DNA of 64,000 nucleotides from Octopus sinensis (Eukaryota): assembly GCF_006345805.1 (NCBI RefSeq), contig NC_043009.1, positions 22,568,001 to 22,632,000 on the forward strand. The letters run 5' to 3'. Positions 1-12,551 of the stretch are shown here, piece after piece. Position 1 is the first letter of the stretch. Each line of letters starts with the position of its first letter. Both the position numbers and the translations under genes were made by a program. The notes under the pieces were generated by a model. That model was given only the letters and a program-made list of their open reading frames with translations. It did not search any database and was not told where the DNA came from.

Positions 1-156
1 AGCTGGTGTGTTTACGTCCCCGTAAATTAGTGGTTCAGCCAAAGAGACTGATAGAATAAGTACTAGGCTTACAAAGAATAAGTCCTGGAGTCAATTCGCT
101 TGACTAAAGGTGCTACTCCAGCATGGCCACAGTCAAATGACTGAAACAAGTAAAAG
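1..156 (+). mobile_element. SINE family A, 3' part (cut by window edge)
   Basis: Matches the 3' half of the full copies at 6602-7018 and 52307-52711 (...aataagtactaggcttacaaagaataagtcctgg...cagcatggccacagtcaaatgactgaaacaagtaaaag). Confidence 0.85.
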
Positions 157-294
157 GGAGAATGTGCTTCAAACAAGAATTGTTTCTTTTCTTATTTCTT
201 TTCTCTTGTTTCTTATTCTACATTGATAAGGGGTTCACTCGGAAAAAGCATCAGTCTGCTCCTTTTTCTTTTCTCAACATGCAATTCACTATCC

Positions 295-677
295 TTTTAT
301 TTGTTTCAGTCATTTGACTGCAGCCATGCAGGAGCACCACCTTTAGTTGAACAAATCAACCCCAGGACTTATTCTTTGTAAGCCTAGTACTTATTCTATC
401 AATCTCTCTTGCCAAACTGCTAAATTACAGGGGCGTAAACACACCAGCATCAGTTGTCAAGTGATGGTGGAGATGAGGGGACAAGCACATATGCATACAC
501 ACATATGTATATACAACAGGCTTCTTTCAGTTTCCGTCTACCGAATCCACTCATAAGGCATTGGTAGGCCCGAGGCTATAATAGAAGACACTTGCACAAG
601 GTGCCACGCAGTAGGACTGACCCTGGAACCATGTCATTGGGAAGCAAGCTACTTACCACACAGCCACTCCTGCACCT
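295..677 (-). mobile_element. SINE family A (tRNA-derived head, CORE-like block, CR1-like tail), tail-to-tail with the previous copy
   Basis: Reverse complement of the family A sequence over its full length. Confidence 0.85.
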
Positions 678-929
678 ATGCACATCTTTATTATTTGTTT
701 TTGTTTTCCAATTTCCAATTAATTTATCACTTTTCAATAGATTTGTCACTTTTTGAAATTTGTAACCTCACATGTTGTCCACCTGTCCATTTTTTTGTTC
801 CCTTTATTCCATTTATGCTAATTTAACCCTTTGCCTGTGCTGTGTATCAGATGTAGTACATAGGACATATTTCTCTGGTGCCCATACACTCCCAAGATTT
901 TTGCAACAACCAGAGCAACTTGGGACTTC

Positions 930-1205
930 ATTATCATCATCATCATCATCATCATCGTTTAACGTCCATTTTCTGTGCTAGCATGGGATGGACAGTTCGA
1001 CCGGGGTCTGGGAAGCCCGGAGGCTGCACCAGGCTCCAGTCTGACCTGGCAGTGTTTCTACAGCTGGATGCCCTTCCTAATGCCAACCACTCCGTGAGTG
1101 TAGTGGGTACTTTTTACATGCCACTGGCACAGGTGCCAGGGGAGGCTGCAGCATCCACGATCGGTTGGTGCTTTTTACGTGCCACCGGCACAGAAGCCAG
1201 TCAAG
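930..1205 (-). mobile_element. RTE LINE 3' UTR fragment (5'-truncated) with (GAT)n tail
   Basis: Same sequence as the 3' end of the RTE at 36947-39158 (ggatgcccttcctaa..ccaaccactcc; catcatcatcgtttaacgtcc). Confidence 0.85.
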
Positions 1206-1499
1206 ACTTATGAAAGGAAATCTTTATATTACTCAGAATTTAGAAAACAAAGGCTACCACATTTTCTGGCATACAAGTCAACGTAGTGTATAGTGTAAAC
1301 ATGTAGCATAACCATTCAAACATTAATAGTATCATTCAAATCCTGCTGCATTTCACAAAGAATTCTTGGTCCTCCAAACACATCTTGGTGCATAAGTCAA
1401 CCTACTTCTTTTGGGTGTAAATTGGTAAATTGTAGTCTGAAAAATTTGACTTCACTGCTGGAAAATTGTTGACTTGTCTCTCGAATGTGAGGATTGATT

Positions 1500-1680
1500 T
1501 CTGCTCCTGGATGAATATTTTGGCCATTGATATTGGTGGTGAATGTGACTAATGAAGCCAATCCTTGCATGGAACATGTGACTACATTGGCCACATGTAA
1601 ATGTCATGGTTGGCCTTATTGTAACTAAAACTTTGAAGACAAGCAGGGATGTTTAGGATAAACTTATGAAAATTCTTTGG
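1500..1680 (-). pseudogene. Possible old RTE-type ORF2 C-terminal zinc-finger remnant
   Basis: One minus-strand frame reads FTCGQCSHMFHARIGFISHIH, resembling the CxxC..F.ARIGL.SH motif at the end of RTE ORF2. The surrounding sequence is degraded. Confidence 0.4.
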
Positions 1681-2176
1681 ATAAGTAAAGGGCAAACTAA
1701 CTATATATTGTAAAAACTAGTCCTTGCCACTGGTGATGTCGTATATAAGTAGCCTTGGTCACTTATGGTTTAGACGAACTGGAGTACAAATATGATTGGA
1801 TTTTGTTGAGATATAATAGAATAATAAGTTCCACCATAGCTGTAGTAGTTGGGTTAATAACATCAACAACAAAAACCCATGTAGGTCTGTAATTTATAGC
1901 TGCCATCTCTAACAATGATTTCTACAAACGTCTGATGGCAACTGTAGTCTACATATGATTGATTTTTGATAAATGTCTTGTCTAATCTCTTTGTGACCAA
2001 AACTTCGTACACATCTAATGTCTGAATGTTTGAGAGGAATAGTTGTTAATTGGTATAATTGTTCAAATTTTGGGGCTGAAGATCAGTTTAACTGCCCGAA
2101 TGATAATCTTCCATCTGAGATCTATTTATGACTAATCCCTGATATACATCTTGAATTCATGTTTTTGACTAACTCT

Positions 2177-2791
2177 TAACTCTTCAGTATTCAGATTACT
2201 CAGAAAAAAATGTAATGTTTATTTATTCACATTGTTTTGAATTAATCATCCATTATCCCAGAGTTTCAATTATGTGATTGTTTAGCTTTAGAAGGACAAT
2301 GTAGGGTAGGTGTGAGAGGCCAGATTTGGCAAAATATGAACACTAGGCACAGGAGTGGCTGTGTGGTAAGTAGCTTGCTTACCAACCACATGGTTCCGGG
2401 TTCAGTCCCACTGCATGGCACTTTGGGCAAGTGTCTTCTACCATAGCCTCAGGCCGACCAAAGCCTTGTGAGTGGATTTGGTAGACGGAAACTGAAAGAA
2501 GCCCGTCATATATATGTATATGTATATACATGTGTTTGTCCCCCCAATATTGTTTGACAACCGATGCTGGTGTGTTTACGTCCCTGTAACTTAGCAGTTC
2601 AGCAAAAGAGAATGATAGAATAAGTACTAGGCTTACAAAGAGTAAGTCCTGGGGTCGATTTGTTCGACTAAAGGCGGTGCTCCAGCATGGCCGCAGTCAA
2701 ATAACTGAAAGAAGTAAAAAAAAAAAAAAACTAAAGCAGGCAGAATATTTATTTGGGTCAGATACGGCCTGTTTAAGTATTAAAAGGTTAA
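2177..2791. mobile_element. TTAA-flanked piggyBac-like MITE interrupted by a SINE A insertion
   Basis: Starts ttaactcttcagtattcagatt and ends attaaaaggttaa. Same body as 3142-3360 (opposite orientation), 5707-5932, 9613-9828 and 28243-28440. Confidence 0.7.
2346..2730 (+). mobile_element. SINE family A, full length
   Basis: A-box-like tggctgtgtggtaa, B-box-like ggttcagtcc, CORE-like ggcactttgggcaagtgtctt, internal (TA/TG)n, CR1-like tail and A-run. Confidence 0.9.
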
Positions 2792-2859
2792 ATGAGTACA
2801 TGCTACACCATGCTTTAGAAATCTGTTCTTTCAATGTGAAATGCTGTAGAAACAAGATA

Positions 2860-3040
2860 CAAGGGGATGCTGAAAAGTTCCTGGCTTTAAGGGTATCATC
2901 TAACCTTCTGAGTTCTTTTACAGGGCTTAGAAAAACTGAAAGACCATTGCAATAAGTGTGTGAATTGAATAAAATCATAATTAACTGATCCTCCTTGTAT
3001 TTTATTTAACCAAAGCCAGGAACTTTTCAGTAGCTCATCG
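2860..3040. mobile_element. Mariner-type MITE
   Basis: TA target duplication (2858-59 and 3041-42). Imperfect TIRs caaggggatgctgaaaagttcctggcttt / aaagccaggaacttttcagtagctcatcg. Confidence 0.8.
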
Positions 3041-3141
3041 TATATGAGAAAAACAAATATTTCTGTTACTAATTAGTCTAAAAAACAAAACAAAAGATTT
3101 CCAAAACAGCAGTACCAATTTGAGGATGATTGGTTAATATG

Positions 3142-3360
3142 ATTAACCCTTTAGTGTTTAAACCGGCCATATCTGGCCATTTGTTTTATGTTCAAAGTTG
3201 TGAGATTCAGCCTCTCACACCTATCCTACAATGTCATTCTAAAGATAACCAATCACATCATCAAAATCTTGAAGCTATGACATAAGGCACAATTAATTCA
3301 AAACAATGTGAATAAATATGCATTACATTTGACAGAGTAATCTAAACCCTAAAGGGTTAA
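3142..3360. mobile_element. TTAA-flanked piggyBac-like MITE (~215 bp)
   Basis: ttaa-ccctttag ... ctaaaggg-ttaa termini; multiple copies in the window. Confidence 0.8.
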
Positions 3361-3396
3361 AGCAATGTCTGTTAAGTATTTTCTTCAACAGACATT

Positions 3397-3820
3397 GTTG
3401 TGTGGTTAAGAAGCTTGCTTCCCAACCATATGGTCTCAAAGGGTCAGTCCCACTGCATAACTGCTTGGGCAAGTGTCTTCTACTGTAGCCGTGTACTGAT
3501 CAAAGCCTCATGAGTGAATTTGGTAGACAGAAACTGAAAGAAGCTTAATACATATATGTATATGTGTCTGTGTATATTTATGTGTACCCTTGTCTAGGAA
3601 TCACATGATAAATATAAATGAGTATCATTGTTAAAAAGTGAGGTTGTTAGTCTCCAGTCTTCTGTAAACCCCATGTCTGGCCATGGGGAAATGCTACTTT
3701 GCTTGGAAACAGGTGAAGGCTGGTGATAGGAAGAGCATCTGGTCATAAAAAAAATTTGCCTCAGCAAATTCTCTCTTCTCCATGCAAGCATGGAAAACTG
3801 GATGTTAAATAATGATGAGG
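3397..3820 (+). mobile_element. SINE A-type head with RTE-like tail (family A')
   Basis: Family A head and CORE block, followed by ggaagagcatc...ccatgcaagcatggaaaa..gatgttaaa(tga)n, which resembles the RTE 3' end. Related copy at 17100-17480 (-). Confidence 0.7.
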
Positions 3821-5546
3821 ATTCCTGAAGAAGTATTCATGACACAAAGTGATGAGAACAGAAAGTAATGAGATCATAAAGCATGTTGATCATAATAACC
3901 TAAACCAACCTCATGACATCAACAGACAAGAAGAAGGCATACCTCAGAATAGTTATTCTGATTTGAGCTGTGCAACTTCCCAAGTTACACATGGGAGCAG
4001 GAATTCGGTTCTGAGACAGAGAATTGATACCTGGGAATCAAAATCTTGTATGTGAAAACACCAAACTGTAATCAACCTGCCTGTATTTAACCTACCTGGG
4101 CAGGTGATAGTGACATGACAACAGGTATGAATCATTAACCTAAAAAACCACATAGACAATGGACATAAATATTCATTATATTTTATCATCAAATTTCATT
4201 GAAATTCATGCAATAATTGTATTTTTAAAATTTTATATGGAACAACATTTTCATAAAAATAAAACCTGTCGTTTCTACAAAGATGGAAGATTTACAGAGA
4301 AAGCATGAAAGGAATTTTAGAGTTAAAGAACAACAAGCAATTCATTTTTTAGGAATGTAGGACAAGTAAGAATCTGAAAACTAAGCATTTGGTGATGTGA
4401 CAATGATAAAGATAGCTAAATTAGGATGAGATACAATTAACCTGAATGGCTCAGATGTTGACCTCCAATGCAAACAGGAACACAATAGTTCTGTCTTGTA
4501 TTTTAGTTACAGATGTCTTTGGACACGGTATCTACTCTGCACACAAAACTGCTGTTCTTTTGCATTTGTTATTATGTTGTTTGCTCTTTGGACAAGGTAC
4601 TAGACAAGCTTGTCTGCTTGCATACCAAGACCATTTTTTTGGCTCAACATATGCAAAGAGAGGAAGAGGAGGAAAGGAGCCAAAAAGAGATGATGATGGT
4701 GGTGGTGGTGGAGTGTAAGGGGTGGAAAGTTGTGGATGTCAGCTGTACTGAATCAGATAAGTAATTAATAAAGCCGTTAAGTGGTTTAGAGTGCAAAGAT
4801 TGAATTTGACAAACTAAGAGAAGAAAGAAAGAATAAAAACAACAAAAAAAAAAACGCTACATAAATTATATGGTTGTAATGAATGGAACAGTAAAAAACA
4901 TTTACTTTAAAATAATAAATAAAAATAATTAAAACTTTCCAAAGTTTGGTAGCTTTCCTCGTTAATTCACTGCATTAATTGCAGTAACCAGCAGCAGAAG
5001 CAACCTCACTATTGTCACCACCACCACCACCACCACTACACCATCACCAATATCAAGACCACCACAATCATCACAACAATCGGGGTTTTTATGTGACCCA
5101 ATGAAGGAGTTTTGACATGGTTGCATGATCTGCTAAATATAGCAATCAAATCTGTCTTCAAAAAAATAAATAAATAAATAAATAAATAAAGACACATTGG
5201 ATAATGTAGGCCTAGATACACTGTATCTGAACATGTGGGAGGATGAATTGGGTAGACTGCCAATGAGGCAATTTCTACATAGTTACTTCAACCTGAAAGA
5301 AACAGCAACCGAATTTTTCTCAAGTCACACTCTTCTGTTGTAAAAACAAAGAAGGACAGTGTTGTTTTGCCTACACTGTGAAAATGAAATAGGATGAAAA
5401 CAGCTGGAAATGCAGGTTAAATGATGGAGTGAACTGTGGATCACATCTACTTTAGTTGTTCATGAGGATAGGGGATAGACACCTTGGGGAAAAGGGGTTG
5501 AGGATAGCCCTTGGTTCTATGATACAAACTTCATGTCATAAAATGA

Positions 5547-5932
5547 TTGAACCCTTTAACATTCAGATTACATTATCAAATATAACACTTATTTATTTAC
5601 AGTTTTCAATTAATTTTGCATTATCTTATAGCCTTGAGCTTTCAATGATATGATAGTTTTATTTTTAGAATGATATTTTAGGATATTTTGGCCAGATATG
5701 GCTGGTTTAACCCTTTAGCATTCAGATTACTGTATCAGATGCAATGCTTATTTATTGATATTGTTAGTAATTAACCATGCTTAATCTCATAGCCTTGAGT
5801 TATCAATGATGTGATTGTTTGTTTTTAGAACGACAGTGTTGAGGAAGTGTGAGAGACTAGATCTGGGCAGTTTGAACATAAACCAAGTAGAATATTTTGG
5901 CTGGATATGACCAGTTTGAATGCTGAAGGTTA
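5547..5932. mobile_element. Two tandem TTAA-type MITE copies
   Basis: accctttaacattcagatt... and ttaaccctttagcattcagatt...gctgaaggttaa, homologous to 3142-3360. Confidence 0.7.
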
Positions 5933-6601
5933 AATTAAAACTTTTCTCCAAAAGTTCATTTTACGTTCCAAATGGTCATTACTATCTTGAACCTTAGAAC
6001 TCACAAGGTCAGTCAGATGGAGCATAAGTGACCAAAAACATTTCCCTCTGCATGAGATGCCAGTCTGTCACATGGTTCCTCATTTACAGCTGAGTGCACT
6101 GAAGCAATAGGAAATGAAGTATTTTGCTCAGTAATTCAATGCACTACCTAGTCCAGGAATTGAAACCACAACCTTGTGATTGTGATTGCAACACCTTTAC
6201 CAGTAGACCATGCACCTTTGCTACTAATTTAATAACGACAAAGTTATTTTACTAAATTCTTTGTTGTTATAATCATTTTGATTATAACAACAAAGAATTG
6301 TTGTTCAAACTGCCCAGATCTAGTCTCTCACACATCCTCAACACTGTCGTTCTAAAAACAAACAATTCATTTTGAATTAAAATTAATGGCAGAACATAAT
6401 TCAACAGAAATACGGTAACGAAAAGGTTAAATAAAACTGAACTGGCTTTTAAAAGTTATTAACTTATTTTTTGTAGAGCTTAGTACTTATTTTGTCAGTA
6501 TCTTTTTGCCAAACCACTAAGTTACAGAGATGTAAACACACCAACACTGATAGGAGACAATATATTTCTTTTATATGTTTCAGCCCTAGTTACAAGTAGT
6601 A

Positions 6602-7018
6602 GGCGTAAGAGTGGCTGTGTGGTAAGTAGCTTGCTTACGAACCACATGGTCCCGGGTTCAGTCCCACTGCATGGCACCTAGGACAAGTGTCTTCTACTAT
6701 AGCCTCGGGCTGACCAAAGCCTTGTGAGTGAATTCGATAGACGGAAACTGAAAGAAGTCCGTTGTATATATGTGTGTGTGTGTGTATATATATATATATG
6801 TATGAGTGTGTATATGTTTGTGTGTCTGTGTTTGTCACCCCAACATCACTTGACAACCAATGCTGGTGTGTTTACGTCCCCGTAACTTAGCGGTTCAGCA
6901 AAAGAGACTGATAGAATAAGTACTAGGCTTACAAAGAATAGGTCCTGGGGTCAATTTGCTCGGCTAAAGGCGCTACTCCAGCATGGCCACAGTCAAATGA
7001 CTGAAACAAGTAAAAGAG
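6602..7018 (+). mobile_element. SINE family A, full length (followed by two partial tandem copies, ~7120-7602)
   Basis: Complete head-CORE-microsatellite-tail structure. Confidence 0.9.
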
Positions 7019-7604
7019 TTGACCAACACCATGGTTAATAAAGAAGGATTATGGAGATGCAAACTCTATTTTGTCTTCCAATTAATGAAGAGAGGAAGAA
7101 GTAAAAATTTGCTTTTATGTTCAGTCTCACTGAGTGGTGCCAAGGGCATCTTCTATTATAACCTCAGGCTGACCAAAGCCTTGAAAGTGGATTTGGTAGA
7201 TGGAAACTGAAAGAAGCCCATCATGTGTGTGTGTATCTTTCTGTCTGTGTTTGTCCCCCACCATAGCTTGACAACTGGTGTTGGTGTGTTTACATCCTAG
7301 TAACTTAGCATTTATTAGAGAACAATCTTTGGACTGACCAAAGCCTTGTGGGTGGATTTGGTAGATGGAAACTGAAAGAAGCCCTTTATATATATATATA
7401 TCTGTGTGCATGTGTATGTCCATGTGTATGTGTTTGTCTCCTATCACTGAAAACCAATGTTGGAGTGTTTACATCTCTGTAACTTAGTGGTTTGACAAAA
7501 AGAAACAGACAAAATAAGTACTAAGCTCTACAAAAAATAAGTACCAGAGTTGATTCATTCAGTTAAAATTTTTCAAGGCAATATGAGTGAGACAAGTAAA
7601 ATAT

Positions 7605-7925
7605 AATTCACCAATGCACCAAACTTGGACATCAAGGGCTATACTAATCACTGAACTGGACATCACTGTACTGTTCCAAAGGTCCCAGGTATCCTGTCCA
7701 GAGTGAGGAGCAAGTACTGCAGTAGCTTGGGATTCAAGGGCACCCAGCTATTTAATGCCTTGCCAAAATGTCTGAGGGATGTTCATGGAGTAGAAGTAGA
7801 TATTTTCAAGAAACAATTTAATTTCTTGCTGTCCAAGGTCCTAGATGGATCTACATCATGGCAAAAAACTAAAAAGAGGGCAGCTGTGTTGAACTCCCTC
7901 TTTCACCAAAGGCCAATCACAAACT
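7605..7925 (+). pseudogene. CR1 LINE ORF2 C-terminal fragment, degraded
   Basis: RSKYCSSLGFKGTQLFNALPKCLRD..FKKQ aligns with RTRYCDSLGFRGPQLFNILPKNLRD..FKVG of the CR1 at 56391-56954. Confidence 0.8.
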
Positions 7926-8426
7926 GGGCTGATACATATAAAAGAAATATATTTTGGGCAAGGAGAGAAGATAGGTAGAAGACAATGTGAGACCCCTTGA
8001 TCTACATGCTATAGGTTTGGCTCATTTCGAGTTGATTTGGGACTGAATAACATACTTGAACAGTGAACCTAATACAATATGTCTGTTTCAGATTGTCGCT
8101 TGTCCTTTGCTTTTGAAGATAACCAGGACTCAGCCTATCAAACACTGAACACAAGTGTGTTGGTTACAGGAAATTCCTGACAGCTTCCACCACCAATATT
8201 AAACCTTTCACATAAAGAAATTGCAGAAGTGCTCATATTTCATTGTCACAGATGCACACGACATCCCCAAACCACAGCAACAAAAGTTTCTGTCGGTTTC
8301 TGATTTAAAGAAATTTGAGTTTTCACTTGTACTTAAACTTGTGACACTGTAGCAGGGTTGCAGCACACAGTCTTACTCTCAATAGTATATTTCAGACTAC
8401 GGAGTAATGAATAAGTCAGTGTTCGT

Positions 8427-8760
8427 ATGGCTCAGTGGTTATAGTGCTGGGCTCACAATCGTGAGACTGTGAATTCAATTCCCAGACCAGAACGTGTGTT
8501 TGTGTTCTTCAGCAAGACACTTTATTTCATGTTGCTTCAGTTCACTCAGCTGTAGTAATGAGGTGCAATGTCACTGGTGCCAGGCTGTATAGGTTTTTGC
8601 TTTTCCCTTGGATAACATTGGTGGTGTCGAGAGAGGAGTCTGGTATGCATGGGTGACTGCTGGTCTTCCATGAACAACCTTGCCTGGACTTGTGCTTCAG
8701 AGGGGAACTTTCTAGGTGCTATCTCATGATCATTCATAAACGAAGTGGGTTTTTACCCTT
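8427..8760 (+). mobile_element. SINE family C (tRNA-derived head, ..gcaagacactttatttca.. domain)
   Basis: tggctcagtggtt A box and gaattcaattcc B-box-like. Head shared with 10926-11247, 13600-13822 (-) and 33580-33900 (-). Confidence 0.75.
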
Positions 8761-10419
8761 TAATATACCCAATGCAGAAAATATTTATTAACATTACTAA
8801 TTTCAAGAATGTGATGAGGAAATGAGGAAACAAAGCAGTAGACAGAAACTGAAGAAGACCACTGTATTTACATGTGTGTGTGATTGAGTTCATATTTCCC
8901 CTTGTCATCATGTGTGTTCACTGACTGTAAACAAAAGCCTCACTCTTCATACAAATGGTGTCCTTTGCTTGCAGCCCATGTAAAAGCATGTCTGGGCTGA
9001 TCATTGTTCAATAGATGGAAGTGGGGGGTGGGATGGAGAAATTATTACTTTGCTTGGAAACTAGTAAGAATTGGCAGCATCATAAAGGACATACATCAGT
9101 CATCCAATGTAGTTTTGTCTGAGGCAAGCAAGCATGGAAAAGTGAAAATTCAGTGGGCATTCAAATAATCTATTACAAGTATATAATTGAGTTGGTATTA
9201 CTATATCCTATACAACAAAAGCAGAGCAGTAGAAGGGGATAAAGAACCAGTACCTCTAATGAATTCTATTTAAATCACTTTGAGTGAAGAGAGTCATGTC
9301 TGACTGAATAAGCTATAAAGCAGACAACTACTGAATTATTTCATGGTTCACTACTGGCTATTGACATCTTGTTCTGTTCATGACCAAGACACTTAACACT
9401 TTAGTACCAAAGCTATATCAACTGTAACTTAGTCTTCTTTTTAATCCTTTAACTCCATGTGGGGCATAGAGTACCAATAAAAGATCTCCTACAGTTGTCT
9501 CAAAGTGTAGCTATCTGCCTGCCAGTGCTACAGTTTCTGTGGACCTTCTTATGCTGTTCTTTGGCATTGTAAATTTATTAGGCATCAAGATACATATCAT
9601 CATCATTATCAATTTAACCCATTATCTGTCAAAGTAATACTTATTTATTCACATAGTTTTGAATTAATCAAGCATTATCTCATAGCTTTGAGATTTTCAT
9701 AAGGTAACAATTTATTTTTAGAATGATATTGAAAGGCTAGTGTCAGAAACCACATCTGGCCAGGTTGAGCATAAAAAAAAGGGTAGAATATTTTGGTTGG
9801 ATATAGTTGGTTTAAATGCTAAAGGGTCAATATCCATTTTTCCATGCTTCAAAAGGAATTCACAGCAGCAGATTTTCTATGGCGAAATGGCTAGGCTCTT
9901 CCTGGAGGATGAAACACAAAGACATAACCACACACACGACAGGTTTCTTTAATTTTCCATCTACCAAATCCACAGAAGGCTTTGGTCAGCATGAGGCTAC
10001 AGCAGAAGACACTTCCACAAGGTGTGATGCAATGGGGCTGAACCCAAAACCATGTTGTCGGGAGGCAAACTTCTTCTCACATTTCATCATCATCATTGTT
10101 TAGCGTTTACTTTCCATGTTGGCATGTATCAAATGGTTTGACTGGAACTCATAAGCCAGAAAGCTGCACCAAGTTTCAGACTGATTTGGCATGGTTTCTA
10201 CAACTGGATGCTCTTCTTAACACCAACCACTCCAAGGCTGTAATGGGTGCTTTTTACATGACATCAATACAGGTGTTCTTATGTTCCACCAGCACAGGTA
10301 CTCACCATATGACACCGGCATCAGCCACAACTATGATTTCTCTTGGCTTAACAAGGCTTCTCTCTCTCTCCCCCCTCTCTCTCTATATATATATACATAC
10401 ACAGTTGAAATTTAGAAAA

Positions 10420-10575
10420 ACAAAAGATGAAGACAGATGTATGAACAACAAGATAGTGTAATAGTTTGATGCTCGGGAAAAATGAAGTCTTTTATGTTTT
10501 GAACCTATGCTCTTCAACAGAAAGGAATAAAATAAAGAGAGTGAGAATGAAAAACAACTTGTAGATTTCAGTTGT
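10420..10575 (-). mobile_element. Penelope-like terminal-repeat remnant with decayed hammerhead motif (10489-10524)
   Basis: Minus strand reads cttt-CTGTTGA-agagc-atag-gttc-AAAA-ca-TA-aaag, the same layout as 35191-35226, between TA-rich tracts. Confidence 0.5.
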
Positions 10576-10925
10576 CCTACATGGTAGTCCACATATATAT
10601 GTATAGGTTGCATCATATAAATTTAGAACCTTCGAAAAATGTGAAATAAATCACTTTTAATGTTGGAACATGAAATAGGTAAAACTATGAATAAATATTA
10701 AATGGAAAAAGGAAAAAACCTTACCTGGAAAGTGTTGATGATGGGCTTCTTTCAGTCTCCATCCACCAAATCCACTCACAACACTTTGGTCAGCCAGGGG
10801 TTATAGTAGAGGATACTTTCCCAAGTTGCCATACAGTGGGACTGAACTTGAAACCATGCAATTGAGAAACAAACTTCTTAACCACACAGCTATGTCTATG
10901 CTTATATGTCTGGAATTGGAGCAAA

Positions 10926-11247
10926 GGTGCATGGCTTAGTGGTTAGGGTATTTGGCTCACAATAATAAGTTCAAGAGTTCAATTTCTGGTGGCATGTTAT
11001 GTCCTTGAGCAAGACACTTTATTTCATATTGCTCCAGTTCACTCAGCTGGCAAAAATTAGTTGTACTTGTATTTCAAAGGGCCAGCCTTGTCACACACTG
11101 AGTCATGCTGAATCTCCCTGAGAACTAAGTTAAGGATACACATGTCTGTGGGGTGCTCAGCCACTTGCAAGTTCATTTCATGAGCAGGCTGTTCCGTTGA
11201 TCAGATCAACTGGAATACTTGTTGTTGTAACTGACAGTGTGCCAGTT
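10926..11247 (+). mobile_element. SINE family C, full length
   Basis: tggcttagtggttagg A box, gagttcaattt B box, gtccttgagcaagacact domain; same tail as the copy at 33300-33900 (-). Confidence 0.8.
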
Positions 11248-11994
11248 CTTTTTGTTTTTGCCTTGCATTTTACATACATGAACAGCCAGCTCTCAGGCAA
11301 AACTAAGTAGAGTGTAATGTTTTTTGATATAACTGACACACACACACATATGTATATACCTATATATGTATGTATGCACATGTATGTATACACATACACA
11401 CATACACACGTGTAGGTAGTGGTGAAGTGCCTTTATAAATGGCCTACATTCTAAATTTGAATGAAAGCATGAAAACCATGGCTTGCATGGCTAAGCATGA
11501 AAAATTCTTATGAATTCAACCTGACTACAATTGGTCTTTTGTGAAAACTAAGCTAAGCCAGTGTCTAGTTCAAAGAGAAAGATATACTATTAAAGCCAGA
11601 CAGAATTAGCTAGGTTAGAAAACAGAACAGAGCTGGATTATGTATCATGAGATTACATGTTGCTACAGTCTATCTCACAGACAAGCAAGACTTCTGAGCA
11701 ATGAAATATGGAACCAAATATGCATCATGATGATGTCGTCCTTTTTTTTTTTTTTGTATTCTATACGTTTCAAGGATTAAATATACATTGGTTTCTAAAA
11801 CAGGCAAGTGCAAGGTCATGCATTTTGAAGGAGTATACAGAAAATATCACCTTCAGATAATTCTTTCTTAGTTCTTATTTTACTGACCCTAGATAGATTA
11901 AAGACAAAGTCAATTGTAGCAGGGGGTTAACTCAAAAGGTCAGAAATGATAGCTAAATATTCAAAGCAATTCCTGACTTATTCTACAGATATTC

Positions 11995-12388
11995 TTTTAT
12001 TCTTTTACTTGTTTCAGTCATTTGACTGTGGCCATGCTGGAGTACCACCTTTTAGTCGAGCAAATCGCTCCCAGGACTTATTCTTTGGAAGCCTAGTACT
12101 TATTCTATCAGTCTCTTTTGCCAAACTGCTAAGTTACAGGGACGTAAACACACTAGCATCGGTTGTCAAGCGATGTTGGGGGGACAAACACAGACACACA
12201 TATATATATATCCATATACATATATACGATGGGCTTCTTTTCAGTTTCTGTCTACCAAATCCACTCACAAGGCTTTGGTTGGCCCGAGGCTATAGTAGAA
12301 GAGACTTGCCTAAGGTGCCACGCAGTGGGACTGAACCCGGAACCATGTGGTTGGTAAGCAAGCTACTTACCACACACCCACTCCTGTG
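11995..12388 (-). mobile_element. SINE family A, full length
   Basis: Reverse complement of the family A sequence. Confidence 0.9.
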
Positions 12389-12551
12389 CTATTTTATTTC
12401 TATGCTATTTTACTATATGAGATAAAGCTATGTCTTGCAAGAGTTATTATGGCAATGATAATAAAACATACACATAATTATTGATGTAAAGATACATGTG
12501 TTATTATTATTATTAGTATATTGCATGCGCTAATCTTCTTCTTCTTATTAT

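Noticed and set aside
3849-4055. 68-aa ORF vaguely like a gypsy post-integrase segment, with a nearby ctgaaga motif
   Set aside because: Too short and degenerate; no GAAA or stem pairing for a hammerhead and no LTR or integrase motifs.
4440-4765. Overlapping 83-90 aa ORFs in unique-looking sequence
   Set aside because: No recognisable domain and partly low-complexity; cannot be supported as coding.
8040-8385. Possible minus-strand host exon (non-repetitive, donor-like gtatgt near 8050)
   Set aside because: No convincing open frame or homology, and no partner exons identified.
8427-8490. tRNA-like sequence (also heads at 2346, 10926, 12926)
   Set aside because: A/B boxes are present but there is no complete cloverleaf, and the sequence continues into a SINE body.
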